Below, piece after piece: positions 9,884 to 20,399 of a DNA stretch of 64,000 nucleotides; positions within the stretch are counted from its first letter, which is position 1; each line of letters starts with the position of its first letter. Source of the stretch: Nitrospirota bacterium. GTDB lineage: Bacteria > Nitrospirota > UBA9217. The translations under genes and the position numbers were made by a program. Below the pieces are notes generated by a model. That model saw only the letters and a program-made list of their open reading frames with translations. It was not told where the DNA came from and searched no databases. The stretch is from assembly GCA_963818475.1 (NCBI GenBank), contig CAWFSF010000002.1, forward strand, positions 544,001 to 608,000, written 5' to 3'.

Positions 9884-10760
9884 TCACTCTACCCACTTCC
9901 ACCGCAGAATCTTGTACTGCGAATCAGTCCGCATCCATGTGTAGATACTTCCATCAGGACCGGCAACCGCTTCGCCATACTGAGCCACTAGCGTCGGAAT
10001 GCGTTCAACACCTACGATTCGGACCGGACCGAATTCATCATTCGGTTTTATCCATTCAGAAACTACGGCTACCTTGTATTTTTTCTTTTCGTTTGGTTGC
10101 ACCGGTATCTCCTCAGACACTTTATAAGCAGTGGCCTTAAATTTTTGATTTTGTACAATCAGACTCGCGTTCACCTTTAAGAGCCCCTCCTCTTTGATTG
10201 CATCTTTGGCACCTTCATAAATATATATTCCATCAGGGTACTCGATCTGATAGTGCCACTGCGATACGGAAAGCTTCTTTGCCGTAAGCCTGCCGAGTTC
10301 AAGGGGACGGGCGGTCACGGTTTCTTGAAGACCGAAGGAAGCATCATATTTACGATATGTTACTGCATCTTTTGTCCAGAATACCCCAGCTGAGCCAAAT
10401 GCTATTACATCACCCATATAGCTATACTTACTCATCGCATAAGATATTCCACCTTGTGGCCGTTTCACTTTACTCCAATTAACGACTTCTAAAAGACTTC
10501 CATCGGTTTTGTACACTTCCTGTTCTTTCATTCGGAATATCGCTTATTAGTACCCGCCCATCGGAGAGAACTTCAATGGCATCTGGCCAAGCATCAGATG
10601 CCAGAGAGTCACCCTTTGACAACCCAAACTGTGTTGACTCCTGCCCCCACGTGCCGCTTAATACAATCTCTGGCAGCCCCCACATACCAAAAGCACCAAT
10701 TGGAATGAGCATACAGACAATAGCCCACACACAGCACATCATTAGTCTTATTAATCCCAT
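9884..10760 (-). CDS. Secreted protein, candidate immunity protein (frameshift near 10530; ORFs 10479..10760 + 9884..10531)
   Basis: Signal-peptide-like N-terminus and NHL/propeller-like motifs (PDAIEVLSDGRVLISD; VAGPDGSIYTW). The start overlaps the upstream gene's stop. Confidence 0.6.
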
Positions 10761-11660
10761 AATTTCACCCTCCCGAATCCAAGAGGAGACTTCAGTGCGC
10801 CTCTTGTATCTCTTGTAATTTGATTTACGACAGTCATTCTATTAAAATCAGTGCACCAATCAGGTTTTTTCTTACTGCCATAACACACTTTCTCGCTCCC
10901 ACTCGCATGCAATATTCTGATATTCATCTTCCTGTAGGTCTTCACATAAGCCCGAATCATCACCTTTCATGCAATAGACCATTGCTACATGGCTAATAGC
11001 TCCTGCGCTACTGCCGTAGGTCAATAGATCGCCCCGCCTCTTCAGACCTGACAAACCATCAAATAACCAATATGCTCTCTGAATTTCCGTAAATTGCCAT
11101 GCGCCGATCGCCCCATCATCTATGTGATTATTGTCGTTGTCAACATCTATTAAGTCCGGTATTTCGCAAACGAGTCCGGGGATGTCCAAACCTTTGCCAG
11201 ACGTTCCAAGTCTCTGGATGAACCCCGAGCAATCTATACCGGCCCAACTTTGGAATGCAAAATACTGAGAAGCCGTATTTATTTCTGTAGAATGCAGTCC
11301 GGAATATTTTTTCGTTCCTGTCATCCCGCATCCCGAATCATTCACATTTCCCGCATAGGCGCTGCCTACCTGACCTACTGCCGACGGAGTGCATTGTGTG
11401 ACTGATTTCCAGAACTGCTCATAGGTGTTCTTACATCCGAAACAGTAGCTTTCAGCTTCTGAAACCGTATTTCCGGTTCTTGACGTCCACGACGTATTTG
11501 CTCCTGAATAGTCGTTTCCATTCGAATGCAAGTATCTTTCTCCGTCTTGTATCATGCCGTTTACAAACCGTTGTATAACGTTCTCGTATAGCTCCAACAA
11601 GCCGGTGTCCATCTGTGTGTTCCCCGGTTCGCTGTTCGGGATCGTGTCAGTTTCTTGCAC
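10751..11660 (-). CDS. NlpC/P60 peptidoglycan-hydrolase-like C-terminal domain of the transglutaminase giant protein (frameshifts near 11655 and 10915)
   Basis: SYCFGCK, GIDCSGFIQR, RGDLLTY and SHVAMVY, then ILHASG in the shifted frame 10751..10963, giving a Cys-His-His set. Confidence 0.75.
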
Positions 11661-14188
11661 GCTGTCCCGACCAAAGACTCTTTTTCCATGATTTTGTAGA
11701 ACCAGTACAACGGCGGGCTGTTGGTGTCGGTCGCATCGAGTCCGTAGTCTTTTTTGATCTTGTTGTACGTGTCGCTCGCAGCAGGTTCTATACCAAAGCT
11801 TTGTTTGAACAGTTTGACCCCGGCATACGCGACATTGTCATAGATTCCATTTTCATCCAATAGGCTATATTGATTAGGGACCCATGCGCTGCCGTCGTAG
11901 GTTTCCCGCATTCTCGGAACGACCTGATTTAATAGTTCCTGGACATAATCCAGCTTTCGATACTCATCCTTGCTTGCCGTTGTCTTGCCCTTATGATTGT
12001 CTCCACTTGCCGTATCATAGGTGAACACGGCCTGTCCATCCAGCACCTCTTTTAAATTGGTATTGGCATTGGTTTTCACGTTCCAGACAGGCTGGATGGT
12101 TTGCGTTGTTGTAGTTCCGTCCGACGCCATGAGGCTGAACTGGACCTGTATGCCGTTGGTGCCGGTTAAGGGATCGCTGTTCATGACTGGGCCGAGCGTA
12201 GGATCAGCTGTGAGCGTGAATTCGGTTTTACCCGCGCCGTCAAGCATCACTTCCGGCGTGATATTGATTGTGAAGTTTGTCGGCGCAAGAATTTTCGCTT
12301 TTATCTTCCTGCCGGTTGTCGGCGTTCCGTCCAGGTTCATGCCTTTGACCGTGATCTTCTTGCCCCCTAGTGCAGGATAATAATCAAAGTACCTGAGTTT
12401 TGAATTCGGGTATTGCGTATCGACACTCTCCAGATAAATGCCGTACGCCTTCACCTGCACCTTCTTGCTCCAAATCTCGGACGAACCATGGCCGTAGTTG
12501 AGCACCACCTGCATCTCGTATGTCTGCCCGGGTACAAATGAATACCCATGTGCGATGGTCTCGGTGATTGTCCCCTGAGCAAGCGTCTTGTACCGGAAAT
12601 CAAACAAGGAACCATTCTTGTAGAAGGCCAGCTGCGCTGTCGCCGCCCGATACTCTGTTGGCACGATCGAGTAGCTTATAGCGGTATCTTGTATAGCTCT
12701 GCCGTACTGGTCTACTGGAATAAATACATCTGGCGGCAACTGAGCATCGACACCATATATTGTGATTGCCAGCGTATTGGTTAATGATCCAGTAGCAGCA
12801 TCAATATTTACGCTATTCGGGCCTGATGGGAAATTTAACTGTCCGTTGTACATCCCGTTAACGTGAGACGTGGAGAAAACATTGTTGAATTTAACCGTTA
12901 GATCCTCCGGATACACGACGGACATGACACCGTTTCGGACTCCGAGAACATATGATTTTGCGCTGATCGAACCAAGTGATCCGGTTTTTCGGGCATCGAT
13001 TCTAGTTCCTGTTGAATCGGCATCGTTGAAATAATCCAGGACAAGCACATCGTCCGGGGGACTCGTCTGGCTGCAAGAGGGGATGCTATTAGTTTTTAGC
13101 ATCGAAAAAGTCGTGGTAGAAGTTCCTTGTGTATAAACATCGACCGGATACGTCGCATTCGGCAGTCCTCCTAAAATCGCACCGAGCAATACACTACCGT
13201 CGCTATAGCTTTTAATACTGGTCACAGTATCCGGTCTCTGACCACATTCCCCCCACGCCGGATTATTCTTTGCGCAAACTGTATCTTCAATGAGCTGCAG
13301 CTTAAGCTTAGCCTGATCGGCAATAGCACATACTGCTCCAATAGGATCTTGTGCCGTAAAATTTAACGGAACGTTCGCTTTCGGGTTTCCATGTTGGTCT
13401 TTGACGTAAGCACCTACTGTCCCTATGTAGCTCAAGATGGCGCCCGATCTGTCACCGCTGCCCCCCCATGGTGTGATTTGGGCAGAAATATCAGGAAACG
13501 CCAGGATTGAAAAATAACTGGGCAACGGAGTGTCCAGCCTGCCCGATTTTAACACCGCGTCAATGATATTCTCTCCAACCTGGTTTGGATAGACATCGCC
13601 TATTCTTTGAATGAAGCTGGTGTTAACATACGTGCTTTGTCCGGGTTTCATTTTGATCGACGCGATCCCTAGTTCATTCGCTTGAACTTCTTTTGTCTGT
13701 ACCAGCTCGCCATTACCCGGATCAACCAATGCGCCCCCACCTGAGCTGATTCTAAACTCCACCCTTGCGCCTGCCACAGGTTTTTTTGTAATATCGCGCA
13801 CGAGGACCATAAGAGAAGAATTGTCAGGATATTGCATAATCTTATCTACTGTAGCCAGCTGCAAGTCAGTCGCTGTTACCTTCTCAATATAGTAAGCTTC
13901 ATCAGCGTTGGAATTCACCGGTCCATAGTTTGGGGCTTCGAGTATCGCCACGAGGTTCAGATCCGACCAGCTAACCGCTCCAAGGGCAGTCATCCCACCC
14001 GCTACCATGCCGGACAGCATATAGCCCGCCTCGCCGGTTGTCGTGTTCTCTTTGATGTATCCGATCCCGGTCCAGTCCTGATAGGTAATTTCAGATTGCG
14101 GAATGCGGATTGCGGAATTATTTGCAACTGCTTCACGTAATGTCTTGCTTGATATTGTCGTCAAAAGGCAAGGTCGGAAGAATTGCAT
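11561..14188 (-). CDS. Central part of the transglutaminase giant protein: conserved core end, Ig/invasin-like stalk, PG_binding_1-like domain
   Basis: WTGIGYIKEN..GEAGYMLSGMVAGG; VLVRD..KKPVAGARVEF and VKDQHGNPKANVPLNF (Big_1-like); VQELLNQ..LDENGIYD..GVKLFKQSFGI. Confidence 0.7.
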   Translation of the reverse strand: MQFFRPCLLTTISSKTLREAVANNSAIRIPQSEITYQDWTGIGYIKENTTTGEAGYMLSGMVAGGMTALGAVSWSDLNLVAILEAPNYGPVNSNADEAYYIEKVTATDLQLATVDKIMQYPDNSSLMVLVRDITKKPVAGARVEFRISSGGGALVDPGNGELVQTKEVQANELGIASIKMKPGQSTYVNTSFIQRIGDVYPNQVGENIIDAVLKSGRLDTPLPSYFSILAFPDISAQITPWGGSGDRSGAILSYIGTVGAYVKDQHGNPKANVPLNFTAQDPIGAVCAIADQAKLKLQLIEDTVCAKNNPAWGECGQRPDTVTSIKSYSDGSVLLGAILGGLPNATYPVDVYTQGTSTTTFSMLKTNSIPSCSQTSPPDDVLVLDYFNDADSTGTRIDARKTGSLGSISAKSYVLGVRNGVMSVVYPEDLTVKFNNVFSTSHVNGMYNGQLNFPSGPNSVNIDAATGSLTNTLAITIYGVDAQLPPDVFIPVDQYGRAIQDTAISYSIVPTEYRAATAQLAFYKNGSLFDFRYKTLAQGTITETIAHGYSFVPGQTYEMQVVLNYGHGSSEIWSKKVQVKAYGIYLESVDTQYPNSKLRYFDYYPALGGKKITVKGMNLDGTPTTGRKIKAKILAPTNFTINITPEVMLDGAGKTEFTLTADPTLGPVMNSDPLTGTNGIQVQFSLMASDGTTTTQTIQPVWNVKTNANTNLKEVLDGQAVFTYDTASGDNHKGKTTASKDEYRKLDYVQELLNQVVPRMRETYDGSAWVPNQYSLLDENGIYDNVAYAGVKLFKQSFGIEPAASDTYNKIKKDYGLDATDTNSPPLYWFYKIMEKESLVGTACKKLTRSRTANRGTHRWTPACWSYTRTLYNGL

Positions 14189-14361
14189 CGATATTGGCCT
14201 GATCGATAGTCAGAATAGGCGTTGCCGGCTGACTGCCGCTGGCTATGCCGAAGAGCTTTGCCGTTGAGATCGATCCTACGTCGAACGCATCTTCAAACAG
14301 CTTGCTTTCGAGCACCGAGCCCTGGAGGCCTGACAGCTGCATGAATGTCAGGGTCCGGCTG

Positions 14362-16356
14362 TCAGGGATCAGCGTCCGTGGTTACAGCCTCCACACTTCT
14401 CAAATCAGCATCCAGAAACAAACCCTTCCACTCGAAACCCTGCGGATCTTCTCCCGCATAGGTGACATCGATTGAATTGGCAAGGGTGACGATTGTCGGA
14501 AGAGGCCTGCTTAAGGCAACCTTGAACAGGGAAGAAAGCTCGACCTCCGCCTTGTTCCAGTTGTCGATATAATTTATAGCCTCCCGGTACAGGAGGTTCG
14601 CTGCTTTTGTATCATCCAGTCCTATGGGGATGACTGCATTCTGAGAAACGACGCCAAGGGCGGTCAAATTCCCGCTGATCATCGAGTTCGTAAAGGTTTC
14701 TGTTCCATTGGGAGACGTGATCGTAATTGAGAGGTTATAATCAGCTCCCATGGCGATGCCGCCGGTCCCGACAACGATCCTCTCATCATCGATCATGAGG
14801 ACAGGGCGCAAATGAACAAGATAAGCCGGGGTATTGTCCAGGCCACCGAAGGTGTTTATGGTCTCCTGGTCGTCCACCGTCTCGGGTTCATAGCTTATGA
14901 TGACTTTCCTGTTCGAGAGCTTCTGCATATCCAGCGTGATCGAAAAAAGCTCATTATTGGCGAGATCCTTTGCCAATAAGGTCGCTTTATGGATAAGCTC
15001 GGCCGGAAGGGCTGTATACTCCCCGGTGATCGCCGTTTCCTTGAACTGCAGGCTCGAAGGCAGGATCTGCATCACGTCGGAATTCAGCGTCCTGGTGCTG
15101 AGGTAATCCGTGTAGGTTTTTGTCGGACTGGTCTGGAGGAGATGCTCGTTGATCCGTGCTGTAAGATATTCGAGCGGCGTTCCGGTCTGGACTGCCGAGA
15201 GATAGTCATCCCGCATGGCAGTGAGCGACATCCCGCTCAACAAGATGTCATCTGACTGATTTTCCGCGTACCCGCCTGCTTTGATACTCGTGTCTAGGGC
15301 CAGCCAGATTTCCCCCTGTTTATCCATGACCGCCCCGCGGTAGTTGGAATAAGGGACGAAGGTCTCTACCCAGAGATGCTCGATCTGGATATTCTTTATC
15401 ACGGTCCCGTCCATCACGACCTGATGGGGAATGCCTGCCTTCTGAAAGAACTCGCCGAGCTTCGCAGGATCACTCACCCCGGTCAGGTTCTTCGCCTTCT
15501 CGATATCCGGGAAAAACTCGATCGTGCCGCGGACATAGCGTGTCGGATAGCCCGATGCACGCATGAGCGCGACCAATAATGCAGCCTGATCGCAGTCATT
15601 CCCGCTCTTTTGACGAAGCGTTTCCTCCGCGCCTTTCATGCATCCCCAGTACCACTCGGTCTCGATGTTGTTCTTGACGAATTCATAGATTAAGACCGGA
15701 TTCCAGTTGAGGGACTGGGCTTTAGCGACGATCTCTGCTGACAGAGGTGCCTCTGCCGTGCCCTTTGTATCGTCAGTGGCCACAGATTGGTTGCCGTTGC
15801 GATAGGCCGGAATAATAACAGGAGTGGCACTCGGTAAAACTGCCGGGTAATTCAGATGTTTATAAGGAAGGCTGCCGATGATGGGATGTTTCTTTTCATG
15901 AACGATGCGATCGAGGAGCTTTTCCAGCTTATCAGCAATGCGGGAAGAAACTTCACCTGAATCGGGTATGGAATTGACGAGGCTCAAGTACTCCTCAAGC
16001 GCCTTGAGGTAGCCGCTTTTTACTTTTTCCTGCCGATCCCGGGCCTTGCTCCCGAGATTTTTCACTTTTTCGTCGCGCACCCGGAAGCGCTCCTGGAGCA
16101 GCATGTGCGATGCGGCTATATCTTCTGAAAGGGTTTTTAACCGCTTTCCATCGAGGGTTGACGCAGCACCCGACTTCTGCTTTTCACGCACGATCCTGAC
16201 TAATTTTTTGCTTTGCGAAAGCTTGTTCTGCAGATCTTTTTCAAGATCCAAGTCAGCGGCGTTGACTGAGAGCGGGGAAGATGTCAGGCTGAGAAAAAGT
16301 GCGAAGCGTAATAAATTGATACCGATGCTGTTGCCCCTTTGGGAAGTCTTCTGCAC
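14362..16356 (-). CDS. Secreted transglutaminase-like domain protein, N-terminal part (continues via 14133..14342 into 11561..14188)
   Basis: GTG start with RBS GGAGGA and a signal peptide. GNDCDQAALLVALMRASGYPTRYVRG, EHLWVE and WLALD give a Cys-His-Asp triad. Confidence 0.85.
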   Translation of the reverse strand: MQKTSQRGNSIGINLLRFALFLSLTSSPLSVNAADLDLEKDLQNKLSQSKKLVRIVREKQKSGAASTLDGKRLKTLSEDIAASHMLLQERFRVRDEKVKNLGSKARDRQEKVKSGYLKALEEYLSLVNSIPDSGEVSSRIADKLEKLLDRIVHEKKHPIIGSLPYKHLNYPAVLPSATPVIIPAYRNGNQSVATDDTKGTAEAPLSAEIVAKAQSLNWNPVLIYEFVKNNIETEWYWGCMKGAEETLRQKSGNDCDQAALLVALMRASGYPTRYVRGTIEFFPDIEKAKNLTGVSDPAKLGEFFQKAGIPHQVVMDGTVIKNIQIEHLWVETFVPYSNYRGAVMDKQGEIWLALDTSIKAGGYAENQSDDILLSGMSLTAMRDDYLSAVQTGTPLEYLTARINEHLLQTSPTKTYTDYLSTRTLNSDVMQILPSSLQFKETAITGEYTALPAELIHKATLLAKDLANNELFSITLDMQKLSNRKVIISYEPETVDDQETINTFGGLDNTPAYLVHLRPVLMIDDERIVVGTGGIAMGADYNLSITITSPNGTETFTNSMISGNLTALGVVSQNAVIPIGLDDTKAANLLYREAINYIDNWNKAEVELSSLFKVALSRPLPTIVTLANSIDVTYAGEDPQGFEWKGLFLDADLRSVEAVTTDADP

Positions 16357-16858
16357 GTAATCCTCCTGATAAGCTGGGTCTAGGCCAGAGAAACACTCTT
16401 AGCAAAGCTGAAAAGAAGTTACTTACTTATATGACATTGACGAATCTACCCGATTCAAGCGATAATTCTGTAAAAGAGATGGAAGGCAGTCGTTGACAGG
16501 AAATGAATCTAAATGAAATTGACTGCAACAAAAGTATTATATTCGACTATGGGGAAACGACTAGACCGTGCAACAAAATAAATGGGGTATTTTCAGGGTA
16601 TTGACGTTTATTGCAGTTTATTGCAAGGAGGAAGTCGCCAAGGGGTCCCCTTGGGAGCCGCATCCGAATGGTCCCCCTGTGTATCGAAGACAGAAATCTT
16701 TTGCCCATATTGTTGAGGTATGCGATCGTGTGTAGGAATGAAGAATCTGTGTTTCTTTACGTTCCTGCGGCCAGGGGAAAACAACCGTAAAACAACCGTC
16801 GTTTTTTTGTTTAACGTACTCACCTATTGCACCATGCCGGCCTTTAGTTATGCATCGA

Positions 16859-17124
16859 ATTCCGCGGTCTGATGCACCCTGCTTGAGGTGCGGAGATTCC
16901 TGTCAGGGTTTTAAATTTGCAGAATAATGCATGTGTTCGAACAAAAGTCGGATTTTTTCGAAGCCGTGGAAGCTTATCAAGGTGAGAGCAAAGGAGGACT
17001 TAGTAACTATAGAATCATACCGAGTCGCAGCTTGTAACCGTGGACCTTAGAATGAAAACGAGATTGCCGCGGTCGCTGCACTCCTCGCTTGACATGCGGA
17101 GATTCTGTGCGAGGTTTTAAATTT
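16859..17124 (+). repeat. ~60-bp imperfect direct repeat, two copies (16859-16918, 17063-17124)
   Basis: Both read CCGCGGTC..TGCAC..CCT..GCTTGA..TGCGGAGATTC..TGT..GGTTTTAAATTT. Confidence 0.75.
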
Positions 17125-17165
17125 AAACTGGCTTTACAACATCCGCAGGCACCCGGAGGTGCGCT

Positions 17166-18226
17166 ATGAAAAAAGTACTGTACTGGCTATCCTCGATCTT
17201 TTTAGTTGCTGGTTTATTCGCGATCCTGTTCTACTCTTGCAGCGGACACAACGGAGGTGGCGCTTCGTCGGCCAAAGTGGGTCTCTATATTACCGACGAT
17301 ATGGCGGACTATAAGCAGGTGAACGCCACCGTCACAAAAGTGCAGGTCCTGCAGACCGGCTCAGGCGCTGTCTGTGATCTGCTCACCACGCCGGTGGCCC
17401 TGGATATTGCCGAGCTTTCCGATGTGCTGCAGCTCGTATCAGTTTCAACCTGTGCAGCCGTTCCCTACAACCGGATCCACATCGAGTTTGAGAAGAGCGT
17501 CGAACTGATGAGCAATGCAACCACGACCTCGCCCTGCAGCTTCACCTCCTATAGGGACCTGGGGACAGCGCCGAATGTGCTCCAGTGCAACGGGTCGACC
17601 TGCTCGCTCGACATCAACGGTGCGGTGAATGTGCTCGTCAATCAGCAGAACAAGCTTGCCCTCGACTTCGTTCTTAAGGATTTTGAGGTTGCGAACTTCG
17701 GCGATCCCGCGGCCTGCTCCGTGACCATGAAGGTTTCCCCTCTTCACGCCGTGGATATGGGAGCACGGGGCCATCCCGAGGGCATCACGGGCCTGATCTC
17801 CGGCCTGTCCACTACAGACCGGACCTTCACGCTCACGAGAGGCAACACCGCGTTCAGCGTGCTCTATTCCGGCATCACCCCGAGCCGGCAGCCGGGGATC
17901 GACAGCCTGCTCGAACTCGCCCAAACCGACAGCCTGCGGGTCAAGGTCGTGAGTTCCAGCATCGACTTTTTATCGCAGACCATCGATGCCACAGCGGTTT
18001 ACGTCAAGGTGGAGGGAACGGTTTCAACCTGGATCCGGTGGCCCATACCTTTACGCTCACCTACAAGGCAGGCAAAACGATCGTGGTTGATTACAGCAAT
18101 GCCGGCGTGGACGGAATCCTTGTTGACGGTGCCTGGGTAGCGTTGAAGCTCTATGGATTCGACGGCGGGAATTATCTCGCTTCGAAGGTCGAGGTGTGGG
18201 AAAGCGGCATGACGACCGATGACTGA
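17166..18226 (+). CDS. DUF4382-like lipoprotein (frameshift near 18030)
   Basis: Lipobox-like FYSC; VGLYITDD..VNATVTKVQV pattern. The C-terminal OB-like repeat continues in ORF 18038..18226. Confidence 0.7.
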
Positions 18227-18436
18227 AGTATGTTGTTGCCGGCAATTCAATCCCGTTTTTTTCTGGAGGCGAAGCGGGGCAAGGAGGTCAAATCAGGGAA
18301 GCTGGAGCCGAAGAAGCTCAGCAACGAGGGCGGCGTGATGAAGGCCTCAGACACTTTCAGTAATGCCGCCAATGAGAAAGGCGCTGAAGGTCCTGCTCAA
18401 GGCCGCGTAACAGAACTGGCTGCAGTCTCCTTGTTT

Positions 18437-18469
18437 AAGGGCCTGCCCTCCTCTGGGAGGCAGGCCCTT
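18437..18469 (+). terminator. GC-rich hairpin, putative terminator
   Basis: AAGGGCCTGCC...GGCAGGCCCTT followed by GTTGT. Confidence 0.45.
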
Positions 18470-18581
18470 GTTGTGCAGCGTGAAGCTCATCGCCATACTG
18501 CTCCGAACACTGCTTCGGATGCCGGGTTCGGAAATCTGTTCGCTCGTGAATTGACAAACTCACTTTTCGGAGGGAGAAGCC

Positions 18582-18932
18582 GTGAAACCGATTATCGCGG
18601 ATGCCAGCCTGGTTGCCTATTGCGGATTGTATTGCGGCGCATGCAAGGGATATTTAAAGGATACCTGTCCCGGATGCCATGACAACAACAAGGCCACGTG
18701 GTGCAAGGTCAGAAGCTGCTGCAGACAGCAGGGATATGCATCGTGCGCCGAGTGCAGCAACGTTCAGGACCCGGCTGAGTGCAGGAAATTCAACAATGTC
18801 ATATCAAAGGCCATCGGGTTTGTCCTGCGCTCGGACAGGCGGGCCTGCATCCTGCAGATCAAAAAAATGGGCATAGCCGATCACGCCGAAAATATGGCTG
18901 CGAGCAAAAGACAGAGCATCAGACGGGCATAG
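18582..18932 (+). CDS. DUF3795 Cys-rich protein
   Basis: AYCGLYCGAC, CPGC, CKVRSCC and CAEC motifs; GTG start with RBS GGAGG. Confidence 0.85.
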   Translation: MKPIIADASLVAYCGLYCGACKGYLKDTCPGCHDNNKATWCKVRSCCRQQGYASCAECSNVQDPAECRKFNNVISKAIGFVLRSDRRACILQIKKMGIADHAENMAASKRQSIRRA

Positions 18933-18963
18933 TTTTTAGCACCTGCGACAGCGAGTACCGAGC

Positions 18964-19599
18964 TCACTCTCGATGCACGGGGCGCTCTCCTGCGAGTAAA
19001 ATATCCTGACGCGTTGCGAACTTAGCGACGACGGCGCGGTAATCTTCTTCGGTATCCATGTCCAGGACAACACCTTCATCAGGAACATCGACCACCAGCA
19101 CCCGGTCGCCCTCGTCGCGGATCAGGTCGCGCAAACTGCCCAGAAAAAAGATATCGCTGATGACCGAGAAGGGAAAAAGAGTGGGGTGTCCGCGTCTTCC
19201 TTCGAAGGCAGGGATGATGATCCTCTCCGGCGACTGTTTGTGTGCGTCGACGATCGCCCGGTACGTATTGCAGCTGACGAGCGGGTGATCGGCCAGGCAG
19301 ACGAGAACTGCCGGACAGGTCTCATCCACGGCGCGCATCCCGATCCGCACCGAATCGGCCATCTGGCCTCCCTTTGTCTTGTTCCAGACGATGCGTGCGC
19401 CTGTCCCGATGAGCTCAGCAGCGCAGGCATCATGCCCTGCTCCGCAAACGACAACGATCTGCCCGATCCCGGCGGCCGCGAGCGTGTCTACGCAGTGCCG
19501 GATGACGGCCTTATTACCGAGCCGCAGAAGCTGCTTTACGGTCCCCATCCTCGTTGATGAGCCTGCTGCAAGAACGAGCGCTGTTGCGCGAAACTCCAT
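18964..19599 (-). CDS. mocA: Molybdenum cofactor cytidylyltransferase (MocA-like NTP transferase)
   Basis: LVLAAGSSTRMG..KQLL, LADHP, GRRGHP, DMDT; adjacent to xdhC and molybdo-hydroxylase genes. Confidence 0.8.
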   Translation of the reverse strand: MEFRATALVLAAGSSTRMGTVKQLLRLGNKAVIRHCVDTLAAAGIGQIVVVCGAGHDACAAELIGTGARIVWNKTKGGQMADSVRIGMRAVDETCPAVLVCLADHPLVSCNTYRAIVDAHKQSPERIIIPAFEGRRGHPTLFPFSVISDIFFLGSLRDLIRDEGDRVLVVDVPDEGVVLDMDTEEDYRAVVAKFATRQDILLAGERPVHRE

Positions 19600-20356
19600 T
19601 CGCTCTCCTTTTCTGGACGATCTGCGCCATGATGCTTACGCTGATCTCCTCGGGCGTGACTGACCCGATCTCCATGCCCACGGGTATGATGACCCTGCTG
19701 ATAGCTTCCTGGGAAAAGCCGCTTTGTTCCAGCGCCTGGTACAGCAGGGCTTTTTTGCGCCTGCTCCCGAGAAGGCCGATGTAGCCTGCGCTGGTCCGGA
19801 GCGCGGCCTTCACCGCATCGAGATCGTGGTTGTGGCCGCGCGTCGCCACGACAACGAATGTGCCGCTCCCGACCGGAACGGCTGCAAAGGCGCGGTCGAA
19901 TTCCGTGACCATCAGCTCATGCGCATCGGGGATGTTCTCCTGGTTGGCGTACTCCTGCCGGTCGTCCACCACGGTCACGCGGAACCCGGTGAACCGTGCG
20001 AGTTTGGCCAGCGTTTTCCCTACATGGCCCGCGCCGAGGATCACGAGATTCGGTTCGAGCATCAATGGTTCGATGTACACGAGGACCGTGCCGCCGCATA
20101 CGAGCCCGCCTTCCCGTTCCGTGAGCGCGACGGGCATGGTCGCCGGCTCTCCGTCCTTCATGGCCATGAGGGCGGCCTGCACCACGTCCGCCTCAAGACA
20201 TCCGCCGCCGAGGGTCCCCAAAAGCGAGCCGTCGTCCCGCACGAGCATCTTGGCGCCCTGCTTCTGCGGCGACGAGCCGCGGCATTCTACGATCGTGGCG
20301 ATGGCCGAGGTCCTGCCCAGGCGTTTGAGCCGGAGTGCTTCTTCATAGATCTGCAT
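19514..20356 (-). CDS. xdhC: XdhC/CoxI family Moco-insertion chaperone
   Basis: GSSPQKQGAKMLV, GTLGGGCLE, CGG, GAGHVG, TRGHNHD, YIGLLGSRRK, TPEEISVSI. Confidence 0.9.
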   Translation of the reverse strand: MQIYEEALRLKRLGRTSAIATIVECRGSSPQKQGAKMLVRDDGSLLGTLGGGCLEADVVQAALMAMKDGEPATMPVALTEREGGLVCGGTVLVYIEPLMLEPNLVILGAGHVGKTLAKLARFTGFRVTVVDDRQEYANQENIPDAHELMVTEFDRAFAAVPVGSGTFVVVATRGHNHDLDAVKAALRTSAGYIGLLGSRRKKALLYQALEQSGFSQEAISRVIIPVGMEIGSVTPEEISVSIMAQIVQKRRANGVSRNSARSCSRLINEDGDRKAASAAR

Positions 20357-20399
20357 AGATCACCTCGTGGAAAAATTCTTTGACACTGATAACATCCGA

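Noticed and set aside
16584-16603. Tandem TACCC boxes shared with the 105-bp element as a common regulon
   Set aside because: Too short and with different spacing (11 vs 10 bp) to support.
18230-18682. 150-aa ORF between the DUF4382 and DUF3795 genes
   Set aside because: Crosses a terminator-like hairpin, overlaps the DUF3795 gene and has no recognisable motifs.
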